From Chloroflexota bacterium (GTDB lineage Bacteria; Chloroflexota; Limnocylindria; Limnocylindrales; CSP1-4), in the NCBI GenBank assembly GCA_031431535.1, contig JANPDO010000246.1, forward strand, positions 1 to 40,252: a stretch of DNA of 40,252 nucleotides, read 5' to 3'. Shown one piece after another: positions 28,698-37,520 of the stretch; position 1 is the stretch's first letter; each line of letters opens with the position of its first letter. The notes below the pieces were generated by a model. That model was not told the origin of the DNA and did no database searches. It saw nothing but the letters and a program-made list of their open reading frames with translations. Both the position numbers and the translations under genes were made by a program.

Positions 28698-30212
28698 CTA
28701 CCCGGCGGCGACCCGGCTGGCCAGGTCGGCGATCGCGAGGCGGGTGTCCGTCGTGTCATACCGCAGCAGCGGATCGGGGTCGATGGCACGCTCGACGACC
28801 TGGCCTCCCAGCCGACTGTAGATCACGGGATAGATCGCCCCGCTGCCGTCCGCCTCGAGGGTCGTGATGATCGCGTCGGCTCCACCGGCATCCAGCACGT
28901 GGGCCAGCGGGGCGATGCCGTCATTGCGCAATCCGCCGGAACCGTCGGCGGTAAGCAGGCGCGCAAGATAGCCGCGCTGGTGAAAGAGTTCGGGCGACTC
29001 GGCGAGGTCGGCCGCCAGGAAGCCAGGCACCGCTTCGAGCGCCATCGTCGGGCGGTCAGGTTCGATCCCGAAGAGCGTGTGCGCGAGGTGTCCGGCCAGG
29101 ACCCGGGCGTTGTAACGGGCGCCATGGACCGCCCCCGAGTTCGCCGGAAGACCGTGCTTGCGCAATCCCTTCGAGCCCTGGCCAATGGTGCCGGCGAAAA
29201 AGATGCCGGGAACGGTGACGCTCTCCCACCACGGCGTCTGGGCAGGCAGTTGGCTCGCGCCAACGGTCGCGACTCCGAGGGCCGGCAGGTCCACCAGCGG
29301 CGTGACGAACCCGGTCGCCGCGATCACGTCGTCGGCTTCGACGACCATGTCGGCGCCACCGTCGGTCCGCCGCAGGTGCACGACAAACTCGGCACCGGAC
29401 GCTCGCTCGATGCGGTCGATCGCCGCGTTGAGGACGTTGACGCCGCCGCCCAGGACGTGGTCCTCGAAGGGCTGTGCGTAGCGGGCGCGGACGCCGACCA
29501 GGGATCGCGTTTCCACGGACATGCGCGCCTGCGACGGCGACGCGAGGACGATCTGTCGAGCCCATGGCAGCAGGCCGGTCGCCAGCTCGAACCCGGAATT
29601 CTGCTTGCCCACGATGAACACGCGGCGACCCGCGTAGGTCTCGATCGGACGGACCTCCGCGTAGTGTTTCGTCAGCTCCATCCCGTTTCCGGGAGGCGTG
29701 AAGGGCTCGGCGACACCGACAGCGACGACAAGGGCCTCGCATCGATAGGTCCCGTCTGTCGTTTCGACCGCAAACCTATCGCCGGCCGGACCCGACTCCC
29801 GGCTCGTCCCGGTCCAGCGGCAGTTGTAGCGGATCGCGATCCCGGCACGTTCGACGAACGAGACGAGATTCGCCTCCATTTCAGGTCGTGACGGGAAGTA
29901 CGACGTGCCATCCATCAGGCCAGGCTGCAGCGCGCGGGTCTCGGGCTCCTCGCCCAACAGGCTGTTCCAGTCGTACCGTTCGTAGGTGCGGGTCCCGCGC
30001 GCGACCGGGGCATGCGGCTTGGTCCACGACAGCAGTCGCTGGAGGAACGGCCAGCGGCGGAACATGCCGCCCGGCGAGGGATCGGAGGAAATCACCGCGT
30101 GCGCCACGCCCAGGCGCCGCAGGGAGTACGAGACCTGGATGGCGCCGGGGCCACTTCCGATGACGACGACCGGGTAGTCACCCGGCGGGAATGGCGCGAT
30201 CAGCTCCGCCAT
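28698..30212 (-). CDS. NAD(P)/FAD-dependent oxidoreductase, FOXRED2-like
   Basis: VVIGSGPG FAD motif, RYDWNSLL, YFP, IVGKQNSGFE, ATGF, ESV.VPGIFFAGT, HGARY. Start overlaps the CNBD gene stop by 13 nt. Confidence 0.85.
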   Translation of the reverse strand: MAELIAPFPPGDYPVVVIGSGPGAIQVSYSLRRLGVAHAVISSDPSPGGMFRRWPFLQRLLSWTKPHAPVARGTRTYERYDWNSLLGEEPETRALQPGLMDGTSYFPSRPEMEANLVSFVERAGIAIRYNCRWTGTSRESGPAGDRFAVETTDGTYRCEALVVAVGVAEPFTPPGNGMELTKHYAEVRPIETYAGRRVFIVGKQNSGFELATGLLPWARQIVLASPSQARMSVETRSLVGVRARYAQPFEDHVLGGGVNVLNAAIDRIERASGAEFVVHLRRTDGGADMVVEADDVIAATGFVTPLVDLPALGVATVGASQLPAQTPWWESVTVPGIFFAGTIGQGSKGLRKHGLPANSGAVHGARYNARVLAGHLAHTLFGIEPDRPTMALEAVPGFLAADLAESPELFHQRGYLARLLTADGSGGLRNDGIAPLAHVLDAGGADAIITTLEADGSGAIYPVIYSRLGGQVVERAIDPDPLLRYDTTDTRLAIADLASRVAAG

Positions 30213-30622
30213 CGGTTCGCCGCCCGCAACCGCCGGGCCTGGACCTGGAGCATCCGGTACATGACCCTTGGGTGGTCCACCAGGAAACCCTCGACCCGTG
30301 GCCCGGCAAGCACGAGGCAGCGCAGCGCCCGGAGCGCCACGACGTCGGCGATCGGCGACTCGCCGAGAATGATCGAAATCTCTCCGAAATAGTCGCCGCG
30401 GGCCAGCCGCGCCCGCTCGGTCCCGTCGATCACGACCGCCGCCTCACCATCCAGGATGACATGGAACCCGGACCCCGTCAGCCCCTGGCGCAGGACTCGT
30501 TCGCCCTCCGCGAAGACCGATTCCTCGAACATGTGGACGACCCCGGTGAGCTGCGGATCGGTCAGATCGGCGAACAGGCTGAAGCCCGCGATCGCATCCA
30601 CCAGCTCCGCTCGACCAGCCAT
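30200..30622 (-). CDS. Stand-alone cyclic nucleotide-binding domain protein (pocket Arg absent)
   Basis: LFADL, F.EGE.V.RQG, VILDG.A.V, GDYFGEISIILGESPIADVVA; no HTH. Confidence 0.88.
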   Translation of the reverse strand: MAGRAELVDAIAGFSLFADLTDPQLTGVVHMFEESVFAEGERVLRQGLTGSGFHVILDGEAAVVIDGTERARLARGDYFGEISIILGESPIADVVALRALRCLVLAGPRVEGFLVDHPRVMYRMLQVQARRLRAANRWRS

Positions 30623-30726
30623 TGGGCGCATGGTGCCAGAGACAGCCGCACCGCGAAAGCCGTTCGGTTGACGGCTGCGTGTCCCGCAGCGCAGCATGGC
30701 CGTGCAAAATCATGATGGGAGGACGC

Positions 30727-31155
30727 GTGGCCCTCAGCCGCGAACAGACGATCGAACTCCTCGCCGCAACGCGCCTGTTCGCCGGAGTAGACGGCGACGG
30801 ACTGGCGCGAATTGCCGATCGAATCTCCGAGCTCGACGTGATGGCCCAGCGGGTGATCGCCCGCCAGGGTGAGATCGGCACCGGCTTCTTTATCATCGCC
30901 GCCGGTTCGGTACGGGTGATCCGGGACGGCGCGACGCTCGCCGAGCTGGGACCCGGCGACTTCTTCGGGGAGCTGTCCGTGCTGGATGGCAAGCCGCGCA
31001 ACGCCCAGGTCGTGAGCACCGAACCGACGACCTGTCTCGCCCTCGCCAGTTGGGATTTCGAAGCGGTGGTGCGCGACCAGCCGAGCGTGGCCCTCGCCAT
31101 CCTTCGAGAGCTGGCCGGCCGGCTGCGCCAGTTGACTGAAGAGCGCCATCACTGA
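30727..31155 (+). CDS. Stand-alone cyclic nucleotide-binding domain protein (canonical pocket)
   Basis: LFAG, IARQGE.G..FFII..G.V.V, GDFFGELSVLDGKPRNAQV; SD GGGAGG then GTG 30727; no HTH. Confidence 0.9.
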   Translation: MALSREQTIELLAATRLFAGVDGDGLARIADRISELDVMAQRVIARQGEIGTGFFIIAAGSVRVIRDGATLAELGPGDFFGELSVLDGKPRNAQVVSTEPTTCLALASWDFEAVVRDQPSVALAILRELAGRLRQLTEERHH

Positions 31156-31174
31156 AGGCCGGAGCACCACCGTC

Positions 31175-33919
31175 ATGACCGCGAGTCCGGTTGCGTCGAG
31201 CGGAACCAGCACCTTCCTGTTCAGCGACATCGAGGGCTCGACACGCCTGGAGCAGGCGATCGGCACGGAACGTTACGGTCAGCTGCGCGAACGGCATCGC
31301 GAGATCCTTCGAGCGGCGTTTGCGGCCCACGGCGGGATCGAGCAGGGCACCGAGGGCGATTCGTTCTTCGTCGTCTTCGGCAGCGCCCGCGACGCGGTGG
31401 CCGCGGCCGTCAAAGCCCAACGCGGGCTGGCGGGCGAACCATGGCCCCCGGATGCCACCATCCGTGTCCGCATGGGCCTCCATTCGGGCGAGGCCGGGAC
31501 GGCCGGCGGGAGCCTGGTCGGGCTGGACATCAACCGAACCGCACGGATCGCGGCCGTTGCCCACGGGGGTCAGATCCTCCTCTCCGATGCTACCCGTGCG
31601 CTTGTCGGCACCGCACTGCCCGACGACCTCCACCTGCGCGACCTCGGCGAGCACCGGCTGCGTGATCTGGCCGGACCGGAGCGCCTCGTCCAGCTCAGTG
31701 CTGACGATCTGCCGGAGGAATTCCCGGCCGTGCGGTCGCTTGACGCCCGCCCGAACAATCTGCCCACTCAGCTGACCACGTTCGTTGGGCGCGAGCGCGA
31801 GCTCGCTGAGGCGCTCGACCTGCTAACGCGAACCCGGCTGCTGACAATGACCGGGCCGGGCGGGACGGGCAAGACGCGACTCTCCCTCCAGGTTTCCGCC
31901 GCTGCCGCAGACCGATTCGGGGACGGCGTCTGGTTCGTGGCCCTGGAACCGGTCCGCGATCCAGCGCTGGTCGCCCCAACGATCGCCCGAGTCCTTGGCG
32001 CCTCGGACAATTCCACCCGACCGCCGCTCGATATCCTGGCCGACGCCGTCGGAACCGGGACGGTGTTACTCCTCCTCGACAACTTCGAACAGGTCGTAGC
32101 GGGCGCGCCCGTCGTCGCGGAACTGCTGCGGCGCTGCGGCAACCTGACCGTCCTGGTGACCAGCCGGGCCGCCCTGCGGGTGTCTGGCGAACAGGAGTAC
32201 CCGGTCCCCGGGCTGCCCGCACCCCCGGACATGTCGCATCTGTCGGAGGTGGAGCGCCTGAATCTGCCCCTTGGCCTCCGCACCCTGGACCCGGACGCTC
32301 TCAACCAGTACGAGGCCGTCCGCCTGTTCATCGCCCGGGCGCTGTCGGTCAAACCCGGTTTCACCGTGACCAACGCGAATGCGCCCGCGGTCGCCGGGAT
32401 CTGCGCGCAGCTCCACGGCATGCCGCTGGCCATCGAGCTCGCGGCGGCCCGCATCAAGCTCCTGTCACCGGAGCAGATCCTGGCCCGCCTCGGGCAGCAC
32501 CTGGCCTTGCTCACCGCCGGCTCTCGAGACCTGCCGGAGCGGCAGCAGACGTTGCGCGGCGCGATCGCCTGGAGCTACGACCTGCTCGACGAGGGGGCGA
32601 GGCGGCTGCTGAATCGCCTGTCGGTGTTCCGTGGCGGGTTCCAACTGGAGATGGCCGAAGCTGTTTGCGGACCAGCGGACGAGATCGCGGGTGACGTCGT
32701 CGATCGTCTTGGCCAGCTGGTCGATCACAGCCTGGTCAAACTCGATGACGAGCGTGACCAACCACGCTTTGCATTGCTCGAGACGATCCGCGAGTACGCC
32801 GCGGAGATGCTCACGACCAGCGGCGAGGTCGAGGAGCTCCGGCGCCGCCATGCGACTGCGTTCCTTGCCGTTGCCCAGGAGGCCGCGCCGGAGCTCTCTG
32901 GGGCGGACCAGCGGGCGTGGCTGGATCGGCTGGAAGGTGGTCACGCCAACCTGGTTGCCGCGCTGGAGTGGGCAACTCAGCATGACCCAACCCTGGCAGC
33001 CCGGCTGGCGTACGCGCTGTGGCGATTCTGGCAGCGGCGCGGCTATCTCAACCAGGCACGCACGCTTCTCGACGCAGTGGCGTCGCGGGCCGCCGAGCTC
33101 GAACCGGTCGACCGGGCGCGGTTTGGCGAAGCATTCGGCGGGGTTGCCTACTGGCAATCGGATCGCCCGGCTGCTGTCCGCTGGTACGACGAGGCCCTGG
33201 CCATCTGGCGCGAACTTGGAGATCGATCGCAGATCGCGAATGCCCTGTACAACCGCGCCTACGCCGACATGATCGTGGTGATGGACGGGAACGCCGGGCC
33301 CGAGACCCTCGATTCGGCGGTGGTCCTGTTGCGCGAAGCCGTCGACATCTACCGCGAGATCGGCGACAAGGGGGGCGAAGGAAATGGCGTGTGGGGCCTT
33401 GGCAGCTTCCACTACTTCACGGCGGACGCGGCGACGGCGGAGGGCTGGTTCCGGCGCTCGCTCGATCTCCATCGTGCGGCCGGCGATCGGACGATGGAGG
33501 CGTGGTCGCTCCACATGATCGCGCTCGCGGCCACCGGGCAGCGCCATGCCGACGAGGCTCGTGGACAGGCGCGACATGCCCTTCGCCACTTCCACGAAGC
33601 GGGGGACGTCGCGGGCGTCGCGCTCACGATCGATGACCTGTCGCTCGTGGCGCTGCTCGATGACGATCTTCTCCGGGCCGGGCGCCTGTGGGGCGCGGCA
33701 CGTCATCTCACGAAGGCGACGGGCATGGCCATCGGAGGCTACGTGGACCGTACGTTCGAATGGTTCGGCCTTCCGAGCGCCAGGGAAGCGATCGATCCGG
33801 GTGAGCTCGAAGCCCTGGCCGCACAGGGCGCCGCGATGAGCCTCGATGAGCTCGTGGCGTATGCTCTGGGCGTCGAGGGCGGGGTCCCGCCCGCGGCCCG
33901 CACGGAGACTCAGCCATGA
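31175..33919 (+). CDS. Class III adenylate/guanylate cyclase - STAND (NB-ARC-like) ATPase - TPR protein
   Basis: FLFSDIEGST, TEGDSF, RMGLHSG, INRTARI, HGGQILLS; NNLP...FVGR, GPGGTGKT, LLLLDNFEQ, GMPLAIELAA; TPR-like helical C-terminus. Confidence 0.92.
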   Translation: MTASPVASSGTSTFLFSDIEGSTRLEQAIGTERYGQLRERHREILRAAFAAHGGIEQGTEGDSFFVVFGSARDAVAAAVKAQRGLAGEPWPPDATIRVRMGLHSGEAGTAGGSLVGLDINRTARIAAVAHGGQILLSDATRALVGTALPDDLHLRDLGEHRLRDLAGPERLVQLSADDLPEEFPAVRSLDARPNNLPTQLTTFVGRERELAEALDLLTRTRLLTMTGPGGTGKTRLSLQVSAAAADRFGDGVWFVALEPVRDPALVAPTIARVLGASDNSTRPPLDILADAVGTGTVLLLLDNFEQVVAGAPVVAELLRRCGNLTVLVTSRAALRVSGEQEYPVPGLPAPPDMSHLSEVERLNLPLGLRTLDPDALNQYEAVRLFIARALSVKPGFTVTNANAPAVAGICAQLHGMPLAIELAAARIKLLSPEQILARLGQHLALLTAGSRDLPERQQTLRGAIAWSYDLLDEGARRLLNRLSVFRGGFQLEMAEAVCGPADEIAGDVVDRLGQLVDHSLVKLDDERDQPRFALLETIREYAAEMLTTSGEVEELRRRHATAFLAVAQEAAPELSGADQRAWLDRLEGGHANLVAALEWATQHDPTLAARLAYALWRFWQRRGYLNQARTLLDAVASRAAELEPVDRARFGEAFGGVAYWQSDRPAAVRWYDEALAIWRELGDRSQIANALYNRAYADMIVVMDGNAGPETLDSAVVLLREAVDIYREIGDKGGEGNGVWGLGSFHYFTADAATAEGWFRRSLDLHRAAGDRTMEAWSLHMIALAATGQRHADEARGQARHALRHFHEAGDVAGVALTIDDLSLVALLDDDLLRAGRLWGAARHLTKATGMAIGGYVDRTFEWFGLPSAREAIDPGELEALAAQGAAMSLDELVAYALGVEGGVPPAARTETQP

Positions 33920-34341
33920 CCGTGGCGCTTCCGCCCATCGTGCTTGCGATCGAGACACCCGCCACGCCTGCCGACGCCTGGGCGGCGCTGACCGAGCCGG
34001 AGCGGATCGCGGAGTGGTTCACCGTGGCCAGGCCTCTCGGCCAGGTCGGCGACGCGTATCGCCTCGATTTCGGCGACGGCAGCGTGATAGAGGGGGTCGT
34101 CCGTCTCGTGGAGCCCGGGCGGCGGTTCGCCTACACCTGGGTCTGGGCGGACGTCGAACCACAGCAGGAAACGCTGGTCACCTGGTCCGTCGAACCGTTG
34201 CCCAATGGCGGAGCCCGCGTCACCCTGGTCCACGATGGTTGGGCCGAAGCCGGTGTCGACGATGCGGCGCGCGACGACCACGAGGGCTACTGGAGCGGCT
34301 ACCTGGACGATCTGGCGGCGGTCCTGGGCGACGCCGGCTGA
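33916..34341 (+). CDS. SRPBCC (AHSA1/START-like) domain protein
   Basis: W.ALT.PE....WF, VEPGRRF.YTW, VTW...RVTLVH.GW, GYW..YLD.L; ATGA overlap with the cyclase gene. Confidence 0.88.
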   Translation: MTVALPPIVLAIETPATPADAWAALTEPERIAEWFTVARPLGQVGDAYRLDFGDGSVIEGVVRLVEPGRRFAYTWVWADVEPQQETLVTWSVEPLPNGGARVTLVHDGWAEAGVDDAARDDHEGYWSGYLDDLAAVLGDAG

Positions 34342-34410
34342 CGCTCCGGGGCGCGTCGCCGGCGCCGGCCGCGCCTGGAGCTGACCGCTGCACTAGACTG
34401 GCGCCCTGCG

Positions 34411-35295
34411 ATGACCGACCAGCCAGCGATGCCCGCCCAGCCTGCCGCCCCGGAGCCGGCGCGCCACAAGTCGGCGATCCCGAAGAACCCCGGTCGGCGC
34501 GAACTCGGCCTCCGCGCAACGCTGCTCTTCCCCAACCGCGAGATCGTCGATCGCTACTATGTGCCGCTGATCTATACCGCGTGCCGAACCTGCTATTCCG
34601 AGCAGGATCCCGATGAGATCTTCCGCCGATCACTGGCCGGAGACTTCGACACGCTCAAGATGCAGAAACTCATCGGCTCCGTGGTCGAATCCGGACATGG
34701 CTCGACCATCGAGCATGTCGTCTTCACGTTCGCCATCAGCGGCGTCTCGCGGACCCTGTCGCACCAGCTCGTCCGCCATCGTGCCGGCGTCGCATTCGAC
34801 CAGCAGAGCCAGCGATACGTCAAGTTCAAGGGCGCCGCCACGATGCTCCCCCACTCCATCGCGGAGGGCGACGAAGGACTCCGCGCCCGCTACGAGGAGC
34901 AGGTCGATGGGGCCCTGGGCCTGTACGGCGACATGCTCGGGGCGGGGATCCCCGGCGAGGACGCCCGGTTCGTCTTCCCCAATGCCACCCGGACGAACCT
35001 GGTCATGACCACGAATCTGCGGGCGCTCATCCACATGTCGGGACTGCGGCTATGCACGATGGCCCAGTGGGAAATCCGTCGGCTGTTCCAGCAGATCCGC
35101 CACGAAATCTTCAGCGTCTCGCCGTTCCTTGGGTCGTTTCTCGCCCCCAAGTGCGTGCCCCTGGGCTACTGCGATGAATTCAACAACCGCGACGGCCACT
35201 GCCCAATCCGGCCCCACAAGGATCAGGTCCTGAACGCCTGGGCGGAGAAGGCTTCGGCGGCTCGGGCCGCAGGGCGCAACCTGCCGCTCGCGTAG
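34411..35295 (+). CDS. thyX: FAD-dependent thymidylate synthase ThyX
   Basis: GH.S.IEH, HQLVRHR..AFDQQSQRY ThyX motif, EDARF, NLR.L, AQWEIR. Confidence 0.95.
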   Translation: MTDQPAMPAQPAAPEPARHKSAIPKNPGRRELGLRATLLFPNREIVDRYYVPLIYTACRTCYSEQDPDEIFRRSLAGDFDTLKMQKLIGSVVESGHGSTIEHVVFTFAISGVSRTLSHQLVRHRAGVAFDQQSQRYVKFKGAATMLPHSIAEGDEGLRARYEEQVDGALGLYGDMLGAGIPGEDARFVFPNATRTNLVMTTNLRALIHMSGLRLCTMAQWEIRRLFQQIRHEIFSVSPFLGSFLAPKCVPLGYCDEFNNRDGHCPIRPHKDQVLNAWAEKASAARAAGRNLPLA

Positions 35296-35305
35296 GTCGA
35301 GCGGG

Positions 35306-36172
35306 TCAGCCGTCGCCCAGATCAGCGAGGAATCGTCGAAGCACCCGGGCCAGGCGCGGCCCCGCCTCCAGACCTGCGGCCATGACCTCCTCGTGGCTGA
35401 GCGGCTCGCCGCTGTACCCAGCCCCGGCATTCGTCACCAGGGAGACCCCGCACACTTCCAGCCCGATCCAGCGCGCGGCAATGCACTCAAGGACGGTCGA
35501 CATCCCGACGGCGTGCCCGCCGAGCCCGGCCAGGGATCGAACCTCGGCGGGCGTCTCGTAGTTCGGCCCCGTGAGGCCGACATAGACCCCTTCGGTCAGG
35601 GCCACCTGCTCCGAGACCCCCGCCGCGTATAGCCGTTTGCGCAGGCGCGGGCTCCAGGCGTCGGTCATATCCGGGAACCGTGGCCCAAGCTCGTCCGCAT
35701 TCGGCCCGGTGAGCGGGTTGTGCCCGGTCAGGTTCAGGTGGTCACGCATGACCATCAGGGTGCCCGGACCAAAGGACGGGTCGAGGCCCCCGGCCGCGTT
35801 GGTCAGGACGACGATCCGCGCGCCAAGGGCGCCGAAGAGCAGGACTGGCTGCACCACGAGCCCCGGGTGATTGCCCTCGTACAGGTGAAATCGGCCCTGG
35901 AGCATGACCACCGATCGGCCACCCAGCGTCCCCAGCAGCAATCGACCGGCATGCCCAGGCGCGGTTGCTGCCGGCCAGCCCGGCAATTCGGCAAACGGAG
36001 TAGCGACCGCGTCGGCGAGGTCGTCGGCGAGCCCTCCGAGCCCCGACCCCAGCACAATCCCGACTTCGGGGACAAGGCTTGTTCGGGCGCGGACCACCGC
36101 CAATAGCGCAGCAAGTCGAGCCGGCTGGTCGCCCGGGCGAATCGGCTGCGATGGGTCGACGCGAACCGTCAT
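35306..36172 (-). CDS. punA: Purine nucleoside phosphorylase (trimeric PunA/XapA type)
   Basis: VLGSGLG, GHAG, QGRFHLYEG, TNAAGG, GPNYETPAE, VGMST, HEEV. Confidence 0.93.
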   Translation of the reverse strand: MTVRVDPSQPIRPGDQPARLAALLAVVRARTSLVPEVGIVLGSGLGGLADDLADAVATPFAELPGWPAATAPGHAGRLLLGTLGGRSVVMLQGRFHLYEGNHPGLVVQPVLLFGALGARIVVLTNAAGGLDPSFGPGTLMVMRDHLNLTGHNPLTGPNADELGPRFPDMTDAWSPRLRKRLYAAGVSEQVALTEGVYVGLTGPNYETPAEVRSLAGLGGHAVGMSTVLECIAARWIGLEVCGVSLVTNAGAGYSGEPLSHEEVMAAGLEAGPRLARVLRRFLADLGDG

Positions 36173-36278
36173 GGCGGGCGTGAAACTCCGATGAGATGGG
36201 CGCCCATCAGGGGTAGCGAAATCGCTCGACGCGGACGAGTTGTCGACCCCCGGGGATGGCTGGTGATAGCGCCCCCCA

Positions 36279-37331
36279 TCAGCCGCCCATCGCAAACATC
36301 TCGATCCTGGGGAGGGTCGTCGTCGCAGCCGAACGCATCTCGGAATAGCGATCGTCGCGCCGCATCCAGATCCCCCCCACGAACGCTTCCAGCTCGTGGT
36401 CAGAAGCGTTGGATCGCAACACTGCCCGGGCATCGTGTCCGTCGACCGCGAAGAGACAGGTATAGAGCCTGCCCTCGGCAGAGAGCCGGGCGCGAGTGCA
36501 GTCGCGACAGAACGGCATGGTCACCGACGAGATGGCCCCGAACTCACCGCCGCCATCAACGTATCGCCAACGGTTGGCGACCTCACCGCGATAGGTCGAG
36601 CCGGCGGGCTCGATCGCCCAGACCCGACCGATCGTCTCGATGAGCTCGGCCGCCGGCACGACCTCGTCGAGCCGCCAGCCGTTCGAATGGCCGACGTCCA
36701 TGTACTCGATGAAGCGCAGAATGACCCCCGCCTCGCGAGCCCAGGTTGCCATCGGAACGATGCTCGACTCGTTGATGCCGCGGCGGACCACCATGTTCAC
36801 CTTGATCGGGGCGAGGCCGGCCTCCACGGCCGCCGCGATGCCATCGAGCACCCGCGCGACCGGGAAATCGATCCCGTTCATCGCCCCGAACACCTCGTCG
36901 TCAAGCGAGTCCAGGCTCACCGTCACGCGCTGCAATCCAGCGTCGGCCAGCGGCTGCGCCATGGAGCGCAGCGCCGAGCCATTCGTGGTCAGCGTCAGAT
37001 CAACGTCTTGACCGTCCGGCCGTCGAATAGCGGCCAGCATCGCGACGAAGTCGGGCAGGTTCTGCCGGACGAGCGGCTCGCCGCCGGTGATCCGCAGCTT
37101 CTCCACCCCGAGCCCGACGAAGACCCGGGCGAGCCGTGTCATCTCCTCGAACGTCAGGACCTGGGAACGTGGCAGGAACTCGTAGTCGGACCCGTAGATC
37201 TCCTTCGGCATGCAGTACGTACAGCGGAAGTTGCAGCGGTCCGTGACCGAGATGCGAAGGTCGCGCATCGCCCGACCGAGCGTGTCGGTCAGGCCTGGTC
37301 GTCCGTCGAATCCGTTCCGCAGCGTCTCCAC
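36279..37331 (-). CDS. moaA: GTP 3',8-cyclase MoaA
   Basis: LRISVTDRCNFRCTYCMP radical-SAM motif, TGGEP, RFIEYMD, FC..C.R.R...LYTCLF, C-terminal GG. GTG 37331 lies 6 nt after TACCAT. Confidence 0.95.
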   Translation of the reverse strand: METLRNGFDGRPGLTDTLGRAMRDLRISVTDRCNFRCTYCMPKEIYGSDYEFLPRSQVLTFEEMTRLARVFVGLGVEKLRITGGEPLVRQNLPDFVAMLAAIRRPDGQDVDLTLTTNGSALRSMAQPLADAGLQRVTVSLDSLDDEVFGAMNGIDFPVARVLDGIAAAVEAGLAPIKVNMVVRRGINESSIVPMATWAREAGVILRFIEYMDVGHSNGWRLDEVVPAAELIETIGRVWAIEPAGSTYRGEVANRWRYVDGGGEFGAISSVTMPFCRDCTRARLSAEGRLYTCLFAVDGHDARAVLRSNASDHELEAFVGGIWMRRDDRYSEMRSAATTTLPRIEMFAMGG

Positions 37332-37520
37332 CGCGTCATGGTAGCCGTCCTCATCGGAACGCGGCTCCCGGGCAGTCCTCCGGCCAGCCGGTACCACCGG
37401 CCAGCAGCGTTGGTACCTCTAGTCAACTGCACCGAACCCACCGCTGCTGACACGATGTCACCACAGTCCTGGAGTTCGGACCGAACTGTCCGACCATCCC
37501 CCAACAGAGGTTTTCACCCG

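Noticed and set aside
30200-33919. Bona fide Pycsar or Avs defence system
   Set aside because: The CNBDs have no TIR or TM effector, cyclase-STAND-TPR proteins are common signalling proteins, and the context is housekeeping rather than a defence island. Kept only as an analogy.
37332-37520. Moco riboswitch upstream of moaA
   Set aside because: moaA appears leaderless (TACCAT 6 nt before GTG) and no motif is recognisable.
36396-37520. N-terminal extension of the 762-aa ORF, and similar extensions at 199, 7074, 10544, 11368, 11901, 15504 and 21567
   Set aside because: They overlap real genes or promoters; SD or -10 signals support the shorter starts reported.
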